Below are positions 42,709 to 52,421 of a DNA stretch of 64,000 bases, piece after piece. The notes under the pieces are model-generated. The model saw only the letters and a list, made by a program, of their open reading frames with translations, was not told the origin of the DNA and made no database searches. This DNA comes from Polyangiales bacterium. GTDB taxonomy: Bacteria > Myxococcota_A > Polyangia > Polyangiales > JADJQN01. Each line of letters starts with the position of its first letter. Positions within the stretch are counted from its first letter, which is position 1. The stretch is taken from contig CAXNJO010000006.1 of assembly GCA_964202905.1 (NCBI GenBank), positions 96,001 through 160,000 of the forward strand. Reading direction: 5' to 3'. Both the position numbers and the translations under genes were made by a program.

Positions 42709-45297
42709 GTGATCCCGACGCCCGTATCCCGCCTCCGCCTCGCCGCCTCCACGCTCTCGTTGTGCCTCGCGCTCGCTGCCTGCGGCGACGACGACGCGAC
42801 GCCCTCGCCCGATGCGGGGCTCGATGCGGGCTCCGACCTCGGGCCGCCGGTGCCGGTGAGCACCGCGCACTGCGCGTACGCGCCGCTGCCCGCGACGTCC
42901 CGCGCCGGCGGCACGGTGACGACGGGCACGATCCGCGCGGGCGTCGGCGAGGCGCGGCTCGACGCACCGGTCGGCACGGGGCTCGGGGCGTACACCGCGC
43001 GCGGCCTCGGTGAGAGCAAGGTGGACCGGCGCTTCATGGAGATCGCGGGCTCGTGGGCGCCCTCGGTGGGCATCCACACGGCGCCCCGCGCGAAGGCGCT
43101 CGCGCTCACCGCGGGCGACGAGACCGTCGTCCTCCTCGACCTCGACATCGGGGATGCGTTCGATGGGATGACGGTCGACATCGAGGAGGCGCTCGGGCCC
43201 GACTTCCACGGCAAGGTCGTCGTGCAGGTCAGCCACTCGCACTCGGGTTGGGGGCAGTTCACCGCCGACTACGCGCTGCAGGTGGGCTTCGGCGTCTTCC
43301 GCCGGACCGTCTACGACCGCATCGTCGAGCGCAGCGTCGCGGCGGCGCGTCAGGCGCTCGACAATCGCGTCGACGCAAAACTCGGCATCGGGCACGACGC
43401 GGACTTCGACCCGATGGACCGCGTCTCCCGCGACCGCCGCGGCGAGAACGACGGGCTCCCGCGCGGCGATCGCAAGGACACGGATCTCTTCGTGCTGCGC
43501 GTCGATCGCCTCGACGACACGCCGCTCGCGATCGTCCCGATCTTCGGCGTGCACGGCACCGTGACGGGCGGCGACAACCCGCTCGCCTCGACGGACGCGC
43601 TCGGCGCGATCGAGCGGGCGCTCGAGGAGTCGTTCGACGACGAGGTGTTCGTCATGCACCTGCAAGGCTCGGGCGGCGACGTCTCGCCCGCGGGCGACGC
43701 GGGCTTCGGCTGCGGCCGTGACTTCTGGTGCGCGTACGCGATCGCCGAGCAGGTCGGCATCAACGCGCGCGAGGAGATCCTCGCGCTCTGGACGGCCACG
43801 GCCGCGTCGATGCAGACCGAGACGAAGATGGAGATGCTCACGCGCGTGGTGCCGCTCGGGCCCGACTGGGAGACCTTCACGATCCGTGGCGGCGCGCTCC
43901 GCTACGCGCCCTGGGACGGTCGCCGGCGCTGCGATGGCGTCATCTATGATGGTGTCGGCGCCGTCGCCTCGCCGATCGACGAGTTCAACGCGCCGTACGG
44001 CGCGGCGCTCTGCGGCGATCCGAACATGGGCGCGCTGACCTTCCGCGGGAAACTCCCCGGCGCCGACGACCTCCCGATGTACCGCTCGTGCGTGAAGATC
44101 GAGGAGGCCGCGCCCGTGCTCGGCGGCGTGCTCGACCTGCCGCCCTTCGAGACGCCCGTCTGCGCGCAGACGCGCACGATGGTCTCCGCGCTGCGCATGG
44201 GCGACTGGCTCTTCACGACGATCCCCGGGGAAGCCACGCAGCTCCTCGCGGACGTCGTGCGCAACGGCTCGCCGTACCCCGGTGACCACACCATCGTCCT
44301 CGGCTACGCGCAGAGCAGCGTCGGCTACGTGCTCACGCCCGAGGACTGGCTGCTCGGCGGCTACGAGCCGAACATCACGTTCTGGGGGCCGCTCGAGGGC
44401 GAGTACGTCGCGGAGCGCCTGCTCGAGGTCGCCGCGCTCGCCGTCACCGACACGCGCGAGGACGGCACCGCGGGCGGCACGTCGCACTGGCCGACGCCGA
44501 CCGCGGCCGACACGCTGCCGCCCGTCGATCCCGCGCCGATGGCGGGCACCGTGCCCGCGTCGGTGCCGTCGCTCGTGTATTGGCGTCAGGAGATGGGCGA
44601 GACGCTCGCCGCCGCGCAGCCGCCCGCGACGCTGCCGCGCCTCGAGATCGCGCGCTTCGTGTTCATCGGCGAGGATCCGCTCGCGGGCACGCCGACGATC
44701 ACCGTCGAGCGCGAGAGCGAGACCGTGCCCGGCACCTTCGCGGCGCTGCGCCGCCGCAGCGGGCGCGTCGTCGACGACGAGGACGTGCTGCTCCTGCACA
44801 CGCCCTCGCCGCTCGTGCGCGTCGGCACCGACCCGCGCACGCACTACTGGGTCGCCGAGTGGCAGGCCGTGCCGCCGACGGGCGACGCTGCGCTCCCGGC
44901 CGTCGCGGATCGCGCGGGCCTGCCGCTCGGGCGCTACCGCTTCCACGTCGAGGGCACGGGCTACGCGCTCGACAGCGCCCCCTTCGAGATCGTAACCGCG
45001 ACGCTCACGGGCAGCGCGTCCCGCGCCGGCACGACGCTCTCGCTCTCGGGGCTGGCGCACCCAGCCGTCGCAAAGGGCTGGCGCATGATCGAGCGGCGCA
45101 CGCGCCCCGGCGACGCCGCGCCGCTCCGCACCGGCACCGTGCGCGTGCAGCTCCGCGCGGGCGGTACGGCGCTCGGCGCCGAGCAGGACACCACCGTCAG
45201 CGATGGCAGCGCGTCGCTCACCGCGGCCGAGGTCTCGATGGCCGACACCGCGGTCGTCACCGATCGCTTCGGCAACACCGTCACGCTCACGCTCTGA
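42709..45297 (+). CDS. Lipoprotein with neutral/alkaline ceramidase-like N-terminal domain
   Basis: Lipobox LAAC-GDDD; AKALAL, SHSHSG, GVHGT, QGSGGDVSP, TIPGEAT, GY...GGYE. Confidence 0.78.
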   Translation: MIPTPVSRLRLAASTLSLCLALAACGDDDATPSPDAGLDAGSDLGPPVPVSTAHCAYAPLPATSRAGGTVTTGTIRAGVGEARLDAPVGTGLGAYTARGLGESKVDRRFMEIAGSWAPSVGIHTAPRAKALALTAGDETVVLLDLDIGDAFDGMTVDIEEALGPDFHGKVVVQVSHSHSGWGQFTADYALQVGFGVFRRTVYDRIVERSVAAARQALDNRVDAKLGIGHDADFDPMDRVSRDRRGENDGLPRGDRKDTDLFVLRVDRLDDTPLAIVPIFGVHGTVTGGDNPLASTDALGAIERALEESFDDEVFVMHLQGSGGDVSPAGDAGFGCGRDFWCAYAIAEQVGINAREEILALWTATAASMQTETKMEMLTRVVPLGPDWETFTIRGGALRYAPWDGRRRCDGVIYDGVGAVASPIDEFNAPYGAALCGDPNMGALTFRGKLPGADDLPMYRSCVKIEEAAPVLGGVLDLPPFETPVCAQTRTMVSALRMGDWLFTTIPGEATQLLADVVRNGSPYPGDHTIVLGYAQSSVGYVLTPEDWLLGGYEPNITFWGPLEGEYVAERLLEVAALAVTDTREDGTAGGTSHWPTPTAADTLPPVDPAPMAGTVPASVPSLVYWRQEMGETLAAAQPPATLPRLEIARFVFIGEDPLAGTPTITVERESETVPGTFAALRRRSGRVVDDEDVLLLHTPSPLVRVGTDPRTHYWVAEWQAVPPTGDAALPAVADRAGLPLGRYRFHVEGTGYALDSAPFEIVTATLTGSASRAGTTLSLSGLAHPAVAKGWRMIERRTRPGDAAPLRTGTVRVQLRAGGTALGAEQDTTVSDGSASLTAAEVSMADTAVVTDRFGNTVTLTL

Positions 45298-45313
45298 ACG
45301 GTTCGCGCAGAGG

Positions 45314-46693
45314 TCAGCGCGCGAACATCGCCGCCATCATGTCGCGCGTCAGCACCTCGGTGAGGCGCTGGTCGGTGAGCACGCTCATCTTCGCGCCGCC
45401 GTAGGCGCGCGAGTAGCGGTCGAGGTAGACGAGCTGCTTGGTGACGAGCACGAGGTCGCGCGGCATGCGCAGGCCATGCGCGCGGCCCGTGCGCACCATC
45501 GCAGGCACCAGGTCGCGGAGCTGCAGGCCCGAGTCGCCGTCGCTCATCGGCGCGAACGTGCGGCCGAGGTGCGCGACGAGCGCCGCGCGGTCGAGCGTCA
45601 CGCCGGGCAGCACCGCGCCGAGCCCGACCATCGCGTCGGCGACGCGCCCGTAATCGCGCTGCTGAAAGCCGATCACGTACTCGAGCACGGCCGTGCGCTC
45701 GCCGCCGTGAAAGCGCCCGACGATGCCGAAGTCGAGGAAGCCGATGCGCCCGTCGTGGAGGAGCATGAAGTTCCCCGCGTGCACGTCGCCGTGGAAGAAG
45801 CCGCGCAGGATGAGCGACTGGAACCAGCCGCGGATGCCCTCCATCAGGCGCTCTTCCGGGTCGAAGCGGCTCGCGCGGACGGCGTCGTAGTCGTCGATGC
45901 GCAGGCCGCGGAAGCGCTCCATCACGAGCACGCGCGGCGTCGCGCGGAAGACCTCCGGCGCGGTGACGATGCGGTTGTCCATCGCGCGCATCACGTCGCG
46001 GAACTCGCCGATGCGCGCCGCCTCGCCGCGGAAGTCGAGCTCCTCGGCGAGGTTCGTCGCGAAGTCCTCGACGAAGGCGACGAGGCTCGAGCCGCGCGCG
46101 ATGGGGAAGAGCCGCTCGGCGACGAGCGCGAGCACGCGGAGGATGGCGACGTCGGCCGCGGCGCGCGCCGCGATGCCGGGGCGCTGCACCTTTACGACGA
46201 CCTCGCGCCCGTCGGGGAGCGTGCCGCAGTGCACCTGCGCGATGCTCGCGGCGGCGAGCGGCGCGGGCTCGAGCGATTCGAAGAGCGCCTCGACGCGCTC
46301 GCCCGTGTCCTCTTCGATCACGCGCCCGACCTCGGCGAACGAGAACGGCGGCACGCGGTCGAGCAGGACGCGGAACGCCTCCGAGTAGCGCTGCGGGAAG
46401 AGCGCCTCGCCCGAGGCGATCAGCTGGCCGAGTTTCACGTAGATGGGGCCGAGCCGCTCGAGCGCGAGGCGCGCCGCCGTCGGGCCGTCGGTGCCTTCGC
46501 TGAGCGCGCCGAAGACGGCGCGCAGGCCGTACCACGCGCTGATCGCGAGGACGACGACGAGGCGCAGCGCGACCTGCGCAGCGCGCGGACGGGCGAGGGT
46601 GGGACGGTGCGCCGCGGGTAGAGCATCCGGGGCGGAGGGCGTGTCGGCGCCGGCGTCCGGAGCGGCGGCAGACGTGGAGGTCGTGGCGGACAT
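45314..46693 (-). CDS. AarF/ABC1/UbiB-family atypical kinase
   Basis: LGPIYVKLGQ, AAASIAQVH, VVVKVQRPG, EELDF, FFHGDVHAGN, FLDFGIVG; start uncertain. Confidence 0.93.
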   Translation of the reverse strand: MSATTSTSAAAPDAGADTPSAPDALPAAHRPTLARPRAAQVALRLVVVLAISAWYGLRAVFGALSEGTDGPTAARLALERLGPIYVKLGQLIASGEALFPQRYSEAFRVLLDRVPPFSFAEVGRVIEEDTGERVEALFESLEPAPLAAASIAQVHCGTLPDGREVVVKVQRPGIAARAAADVAILRVLALVAERLFPIARGSSLVAFVEDFATNLAEELDFRGEAARIGEFRDVMRAMDNRIVTAPEVFRATPRVLVMERFRGLRIDDYDAVRASRFDPEERLMEGIRGWFQSLILRGFFHGDVHAGNFMLLHDGRIGFLDFGIVGRFHGGERTAVLEYVIGFQQRDYGRVADAMVGLGAVLPGVTLDRAALVAHLGRTFAPMSDGDSGLQLRDLVPAMVRTGRAHGLRMPRDLVLVTKQLVYLDRYSRAYGGAKMSVLTDQRLTEVLTRDMMAAMFAR

Positions 46694-46832
46694 CGGGTTC
46701 CGCGGAACGTACGGCGTCCCCATCGAGAACGCGACGGCCTGCGCGGCGCATCGTGCGGCCCGAGTCGCTGCGCGTGGGCGCCAGTGGTTCAACCAGTGTG
46801 GAGCCGCTCCCCGTCACCCGCGCGCGGCGCGT

Positions 46833-47906
46833 TCAGATCCCGCTGCCGTCCTTGTAGACCTGCCAGCGGCGCGGGCGCAGCGCGACGTCGTCCCCGACCT
46901 CGACGGGCCACGCGGCGTACTCGCTGCGCGTGAGCTCGACGTCGACGGGACCGCTCGCCCCCTCCGCCGTGAGCTCGAGCCGCACGAGCGGACCCGCGAG
47001 CTGCACGGCGACCACCTTCGCGGGGAGCGCCTCGCGCCCGCCGTGGTGCGCGGGGACGACCTCGAGATCGTGCGGGCGCACGTAGGCGATGGCCTTCGCG
47101 TCGTCGGCGTCGTCGTGCGCGGGGGCCGCGAGGTGCACGCCGGCGGCGCTCGCCATGCCCTGGTGCACGCGGCCCTCGAAGCGGTTGGCCTGCCCGAGGA
47201 ACTCGAAGACGAAGGGCGTCGCGGGCTTGTCGTAGACCTCGTGCGGCGGTCCCTCCTGCACGATGCGGCCGCGCTCGACGATCACGACGCGGTCCGAGAC
47301 CTCGAGCGCTTCCTCCTGATCGTGGGTGACGAAGACGCTCGTGACGTGCAGCTCGTCGTGCAGCCGGCGCAGCCAGCGGCGCAGGTCCTTGCGCACCTTC
47401 GCGTCGAGGGCGCCGAAGGGCTCGTCGAGCAGCAGCACCTTCGGCTCGACGGCGAGCGCGCGGGCGAGCGCGACGCGCTGGCGCTGCCCCCCGGAGAGCT
47501 GCGCCGGGTAGCGCGGCGCGAGGTTCTCGAGCTGCACGAGCGAGAGCAGCTCGTGCACCTTCGCGGCGATGCGCGCCTCGGTCGGGCGCGTCTTCTTCGG
47601 CATGACGCGCAGCCCGAAGGCGACGTTCTCGAAGACCGTCATGTGCCGGAAGAGCGCGTAGTGCTGGAAGACGAAGCCCACGCCGCGATCGCGCGCGTCG
47701 CGGGCCGCGGCGTCCGCGCCGTCGAAGAGCACCTCGCCCTCGTCGGGCGTCTCGAGCCCCGCGAGGATGCGGAGGAGCGAGGTCTTGCCCGAGCCCGAGG
47801 GCCCGAGCAGCGCGACGAGCGTGCCCGTCTCGACGCGCAGGTTCACGCGATCGAGCGCGACGAAGCTGCCCCAGCGCTTCGAGAGGTTGCGGACCTCGAT
47901 GCTCAT
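46833..47906 (-). CDS. cysA: Sulfate ABC transporter ATP-binding subunit
   Basis: [61 protein letters not shown] tail. Confidence 0.95.
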   Translation of the reverse strand: MSIEVRNLSKRWGSFVALDRVNLRVETGTLVALLGPSGSGKTSLLRILAGLETPDEGEVLFDGADAAARDARDRGVGFVFQHYALFRHMTVFENVAFGLRVMPKKTRPTEARIAAKVHELLSLVQLENLAPRYPAQLSGGQRQRVALARALAVEPKVLLLDEPFGALDAKVRKDLRRWLRRLHDELHVTSVFVTHDQEEALEVSDRVVIVERGRIVQEGPPHEVYDKPATPFVFEFLGQANRFEGRVHQGMASAAGVHLAAPAHDDADDAKAIAYVRPHDLEVVPAHHGGREALPAKVVAVQLAGPLVRLELTAEGASGPVDVELTRSEYAAWPVEVGDDVALRPRRWQVYKDGSGI

Positions 47907-48730
47907 CGACTCTCCCTCGCCTCGACGAGGCGCTTGACCACGAGCGTGACCAGACCGAGCAGCGCGAGCAGCGACGCCACCGCGAACGCGCCGACGAAGT
48001 CGTATTCGTCGTAGAGGATCTCCACGTGCAGCGGCAGCGTGTTGGTGTGCCCGCGGATGTGGCCCGAGACGACCGACACCGCGCCGAACTCGCCCATCGC
48101 GCGCGAGGCGCAGAGCACGACGCCGTAGAGCAGCCCCCACTTGATCTTGGGGAGCGTGACGCGGAAGAAGGTCTGCCAGCCGCTCGCGCCGAGCACGAGC
48201 GCGGCCTCTTCTTCTTCGTTGCCCTGCGATTGCATGAGCGGGATGAGCTCGCGCGCGACGAAGGGGAACGTGACGAAGGTCGTCGCGAGCACGATGCCCG
48301 GCACCGCGAAGATGACCCGCACGCCGCGCTCGAGGAGCCACGGCCCGAGATAGCCCTGCGCGCCGAAGAGCACGACGAAGACGAGCCCGCTGATGATCGG
48401 CGAGACGGTGAAGGGCAGATCGATGAGCGTGAGCAGCAGCGTCTTGCCGCGGAAATCGAACTTCGTGATGGCCCACGACGCGGCGAGCCCGAAGAGCGTG
48501 TTGAGCGGCACGCTGACGCCCGCTGCGATCAGCGTGAGCCGGATGGCCGAGCGCGTCGCGGGGTCGCCGAGCGCGGCGAAGTAGGCGGCCGGGCCGTCGG
48601 CGAAGGCCTGCACGAACACGGCGGCGACCGGGATGATCAGGAACAGCGCGAGGAAGACGAGCACGAGCGCGATGAGCGCCGCGCGCACGAGCGGCGGCTC
48701 ACCCGGCGTGCGCGTCGGGCGGGCGTCCAT
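47903..48730 (-). CDS. cysW: Sulfate ABC transporter permease
   Basis: [54 protein letters not shown]. Confidence 0.95.
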   Translation of the reverse strand: MDARPTRTPGEPPLVRAALIALVLVFLALFLIIPVAAVFVQAFADGPAAYFAALGDPATRSAIRLTLIAAGVSVPLNTLFGLAASWAITKFDFRGKTLLLTLIDLPFTVSPIISGLVFVVLFGAQGYLGPWLLERGVRVIFAVPGIVLATTFVTFPFVARELIPLMQSQGNEEEEAALVLGASGWQTFFRVTLPKIKWGLLYGVVLCASRAMGEFGAVSVVSGHIRGHTNTLPLHVEILYDEYDFVGAFAVASLLALLGLVTLVVKRLVEARESR

Positions 48731-49560
48731 CACGGCTCCTCCCCGGTGCGGCGCCGCGTCCACGCCTGCGCCGCGTTGATCGCGACGAGCAGCACGAACG
48801 AGACGACGAGCAGCGCGAGCGCGATGGCCGTCGCGCCCGCGTAGTCGAACTGCTCGAGGCGGCCGACGATGAGCAGCGGCGCGATCTCGGTGCGCATCGG
48901 CATGTTCCCCGAGATGAACACCACCGAGCCGTACTCGCCGAGCGCGCGCGCGAAGGCGAGCGCGAAGCCCGCCACGAGCGAGGGCACGACGCGCGGGAAG
49001 ATCACGCGGCGGAAGGTCTGCCAGCGGCTCGCGCCGAGGCAGGCCGCGGCCTCTTCGACCTCGGGGTCGAGATCGAGCAACACGGGCTGCACCGTACGCA
49101 CGACGAAGGGCAGCCCGACGAAGGCGAGCGCGACGACGACGCCCGCCGGGCGAAACGCGATCTCGATGCCGAGCGGCTCGAGGTAGCGACCGAGCCAGCC
49201 GTGCTCCGAGTACACGTACGTGAGCGCGATGCCCGCGACCGCCGTCGGCAGCGCGAAGGGCAGATCGACGAGCGCGTCGACGAGGCGCCGGCCCGGGAAC
49301 GCGTAGCGCGCGAGCACCCACGCGACGAGCCCGCCGAACACCACGTTGATCAGCGCCGCGACGAAGGATGCGCCGAAGGACAAGCGATACGCGGCGAGGG
49401 CGCGCTCGGAGGCGATGACGTCCCACAGCCGCGCGGGGCTGAGCTCCGCCGCCTTCCACACGAGGCCCGAGAGCGGCACGAGCACGAGCGTGCACAGGTA
49501 GAAGACCGTGAAGCCGAGCGTGAGCCGGAAGCCCGGCATGTTGTTGCGCCGCCCGCTCAT
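48730..49560 (-). CDS. cysT: Sulfate ABC transporter permease
   Basis: DLPFALPTAVAGIAL, LPFVVRTVQPVL, ALGEYGSVVFISGN.P..TEIAPLLI. Confidence 0.95.
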   Translation of the reverse strand: MSGRRNNMPGFRLTLGFTVFYLCTLVLVPLSGLVWKAAELSPARLWDVIASERALAAYRLSFGASFVAALINVVFGGLVAWVLARYAFPGRRLVDALVDLPFALPTAVAGIALTYVYSEHGWLGRYLEPLGIEIAFRPAGVVVALAFVGLPFVVRTVQPVLLDLDPEVEEAAACLGASRWQTFRRVIFPRVVPSLVAGFALAFARALGEYGSVVFISGNMPMRTEIAPLLIVGRLEQFDYAGATAIALALLVVSFVLLVAINAAQAWTRRRTGEEP

Positions 49561-50672
49561 CGGCGCCCCGGCTGGTAGATGCGATCGAACACGCCGCCCT
49601 CGTCGAAGTGCTTCGCCTGCGCGGCGGCCCAGCTCCCGGCGACCTCGTCGAGGGTGAAGAGGGTGAGCGTGGGGAACGTGTCGCGGTGGCGCGCGCGCAC
49701 GGTCTCGCTCTGCGGGCGGAAGTAGTGCGACGCGCCGATCTGCTGGCCCTCTTCGGTGAAGAGGAACTCGAGGTAGGCGCGCGCGACGGCCTCGGTGCCG
49801 TGCTGCCGCGCGTATGCGTCCACCACGGCGACGGGCGGCTCGGCGAGGATGCTGTCGGTGGGGACGACCAGCTCGAAGTCGTCGCGCGTCGCGCGGCGCC
49901 GCGAGAAGAGCAGCGCCTCGTTTTCCCACGCGAGCAGGACGTCGCCGATCCCGTTGCGCGCGAAGGTCGTCGTCGCGCCGCGCGCCCCCGAGTCGAGGAC
50001 GGGCACGTGGCCGTAAAGCGCCTCGACGAACGCGCGCGCCTGCGCTTCGTCGCCCCCCGCGGCGCGGAGCGCGTGGCCCCACGCGGCGAGGTAGACCCAG
50101 CGCGCGCCGCCCGAGGTCTTCGGGTTCGGCGTGATGACCTCCACGCCGGGGCGTACGAGGTCCTCCCAGCGCCGGATCCGCTTCGGGTTCCCGCGGCGCA
50201 CGAGGAAGACGATGGTCGAGGTGAAGGGCACCGATCGGTGCGGGAGCCGCCCGGCCCACGATGCGGGCAGGAGCGCGCCGCGCTCGGCGAGCACGTCGAT
50301 GTCCTGCCCGCAGCCGAAGGTGACGACGTCGGCGTCGAGCCCGTCGAGCACGGCCCGCGCCTGTTTGCCGGACCCGCCGTGCGACTGGAGGATCTCCACC
50401 GCGCGTCCGGTGCGCGCGCGGTATTGCGCCGAGAACGCCTCGTTGATCGCCGTGTAGAGCTCGCGCGTCGGGTCGTACGAGACGTTCTTCAGCACGATGG
50501 CGCCGCTCGCGCCGTCGCACGACGCGAGCACGCCCAGCGCGAACACGCCGAGCAGGAACGCGCGCCGGACGAGACGGCCCGCTCTGCTGCGCGCCGTTCG
50601 TTCGCACGCACGCCCGCCGTCCGCCGGGCTGGCGGGCGCGTGCACGTCGAGGGAATCATGGAAGAGGGTCAT
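49557..50672 (-). CDS. sbp: Sulfate ABC transporter substrate-binding protein
   Basis: NVSYDPTRELY, QSHGGSGKQARAV, TPNPKTSGGARW, DSGARGATTTF, WENEA; lipobox-like LASC; true start may be later. Confidence 0.95.
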   Translation of the reverse strand: MTLFHDSLDVHAPASPADGGRACERTARSRAGRLVRRAFLLGVFALGVLASCDGASGAIVLKNVSYDPTRELYTAINEAFSAQYRARTGRAVEILQSHGGSGKQARAVLDGLDADVVTFGCGQDIDVLAERGALLPASWAGRLPHRSVPFTSTIVFLVRRGNPKRIRRWEDLVRPGVEVITPNPKTSGGARWVYLAAWGHALRAAGGDEAQARAFVEALYGHVPVLDSGARGATTTFARNGIGDVLLAWENEALLFSRRRATRDDFELVVPTDSILAEPPVAVVDAYARQHGTEAVARAYLEFLFTEEGQQIGASHYFRPQSETVRARHRDTFPTLTLFTLDEVAGSWAAAQAKHFDEGGVFDRIYQPGRR

Positions 50673-50676
50673 GCGA

Positions 50677-52197
50677 TCAGGTGCGCAGCGTGAGCATCAG
50701 GAGGGCGAGGTTCTCGGCGCTGCGATCGCCGCCGCGCGCGCCGCCGCGGAAGGTCGTGCGTTCGCCGTCGACCTGCAAGCGCATGTGCCGGTTCACGGAC
50801 CAGCTCAGACACACACCGAGGTTGAGCGCGTCCGACACGCTCGCGTCCGGATTGGCGAGCGCGGGGAAGGCCCCAGCGCCGACGTGGAAGCGCTGCACGC
50901 GCGCGGCGAGCTCGAAGGCGCCCCAGTGCCCCTGGGCCGGGTCGAAGGGCCTGCGCGGCTCGACGCCCCGCTCGTACGAGGAGGTGTCGTCGGTCAGCAG
51001 CCACGCGGCCATCGCGCTCCAGGCCGTCACCGACACCGCGCGTGTCGTGTCCGTGCCCGGCACGCGGTAGGTGTTCGAGGTCTCGACCAGCTCGGCGAAG
51101 AGCGAGAAGCGGCCGACGTACCAGTAGCCATCGAGCTCGAAGCGCCGCCGCGCGCCGTCCGCGAAGACCGCGGGGAGGCGCCCCGTGTCCGTCGTCGTCG
51201 CGCCGCGATACGCGAACATCGTCGCGCGCCCCGGCGTCGTGTAGGTCGGCGTCTGCGTCGCCGGGCCATCTGCGCCCTGCGCACGCCCGTACGACGCCGC
51301 GCCGCCGAGCGCGAGGCGCGCGAACGGTGAGTCCGGCACGTTCACGAAGGGCCGCACCAGCACGCGCCCGACGACGTCCTTCCCGTCATCGAGGTCGTCG
51401 TCGCCGTTGCGCCCGTCGGGGACGCCGTTGAAGAGGCCGAGTTGGTATTGGAACGCGCCGCCGAACAGCTCGCCCCATGCGACGACGCCGAGATCGCGGT
51501 TCGGTCCGACCATCGCGCCGAAGCTGCGCTCGGCGAGCGGGATCACCGGAAACCCCTGGAGCCGCTCGAGGCTGAAGGGCTGCTTCTGCTTGCCGACGCG
51601 CAGGCGAAATGCGGGCAGAAAGCGTACGTCCGCCCACGCGTCGAAGAGCGCGAGCTTCCCCTCGCCGCCCGCCTCGAGCATGAAGAGGTAGTCGACGACG
51701 CCAAAGAGCGTGCCCTCGAGCCGTGGCCGCACGCGCCGCAGCGAGAACGTGTCGACGGTCTGCCCTGCGTCGTCGCCGACCGCGACGCGCGCGAGCGCCT
51801 GCACCCAGAGGCTCGCGCGGAGGGCGTGGCGCCCGTCCGCCGTGGCGAGGGAGAGCCCGCTCTCCGGGGCGGTCGCGGTCCGCGTCGCGGACACGGTCGC
51901 GGGCACGGTCGCGGGCACGGTCGCGGGCACGGTCGCGGGCACGGCGGGGGACACGGCGGGGGACACGGCCTCGGGCGCTTGCACGTGCCGCGCCTGCCCG
52001 TCGTCGGGGCCCGGCTCGGACGCGTGCGTCGGCTCGCCGGAGGTCGCGTCGGGCGAGGCCCGGGTCGCGTCGCTCTGCGCGTGCGCGTGCGCGGGCCGCG
52101 CGTGCGCGGCGTGCAGGGCCAGCGCGAGCGCCAGGAGGCCGCCGTGCAGGACGGCGCGGTGCACCGCGGAGGTGCAGGGCGTGGCGACGGTCGGCAT
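50677..52197 (-). CDS. OprO/OprP-family anion-selective porin
   Basis: LRRVRPRLEG, RVGKQKQPFSLERLQ, NRDLGV, GLFNG, DDGKD, WGAFELAAR; first gene of the sulfate operon; start uncertain. Confidence 0.88.
   Translation of the reverse strand: MPTVATPCTSAVHRAVLHGGLLALALALHAAHARPAHAHAQSDATRASPDATSGEPTHASEPGPDDGQARHVQAPEAVSPAVSPAVPATVPATVPATVPATVSATRTATAPESGLSLATADGRHALRASLWVQALARVAVGDDAGQTVDTFSLRRVRPRLEGTLFGVVDYLFMLEAGGEGKLALFDAWADVRFLPAFRLRVGKQKQPFSLERLQGFPVIPLAERSFGAMVGPNRDLGVVAWGELFGGAFQYQLGLFNGVPDGRNGDDDLDDGKDVVGRVLVRPFVNVPDSPFARLALGGAASYGRAQGADGPATQTPTYTTPGRATMFAYRGATTTDTGRLPAVFADGARRRFELDGYWYVGRFSLFAELVETSNTYRVPGTDTTRAVSVTAWSAMAAWLLTDDTSSYERGVEPRRPFDPAQGHWGAFELAARVQRFHVGAGAFPALANPDASVSDALNLGVCLSWSVNRHMRLQVDGERTTFRGGARGGDRSAENLALLMLTLRT
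51890..51970. repeat. 12-bp coding tandem repeat (PATV/PAVS) in porin N-terminal linker
   Basis: cacggtcgcggg units followed by cacggcggggga units. Confidence 0.85.
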
Positions 52198-52211
52198 CGG
52201 CCGCGTGGCTG

Positions 52212-52228
52212 AGCACCCTCTGTACCAA
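52212..52228 (-). promoter_or_regulatory. Sigma-54 (-24/-12) promoter for the porin-sulfate operon
   Basis: Minus strand TTGGTACAGAGGGTGCT has exact GG-N10-GC spacing and lies next to a sigma-54 activator gene. Confidence 0.7.
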
Positions 52229-52236
52229 CGGACGAG

Positions 52237-52336
52237 CCGCCGCATTTCACGGCCATCCGCGCCCCATGATGGCCGAGTCCGTGAAATGACACGGATGATT
52301 CCGTTGCATGTCACGGTTTGCCATCACATGACACGG
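52237..52336. promoter_or_regulatory. Array of five 16-bp imperfect palindromes (consensus CCGTG-N6-CACGG), putative activator binding sites
   Basis: 52237 ccgccgcatttcacgg; 52257 ccgcgccccatgatgg; 52279 ccgtgaaatgacacgg; 52301 ccgttgcatgtcacgg; 52321 ccatcacatgacacgg. Confidence 0.72.
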
Positions 52337-52421
52337 ATTCGCGGTCTGTCCGAGGGGGAGCACGGCGCGGGACACGGCACGGTGCGTGCTGAAGGCGGGG
52401 CCTGATGAAGCGAGCAGTCCG

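Noticed and set aside
52303..52324. Alternative sigma-54 site TGGCAAACCGTGACATGC on the minus strand
   Set aside because: GG-to-GC spacing is 13, not the required 10
52237..52336. Repeat array as a mini-CRISPR
   Set aside because: Units are 16 bp with 4-6 bp gaps, degenerate, and no cas genes; fits transcription-factor sites
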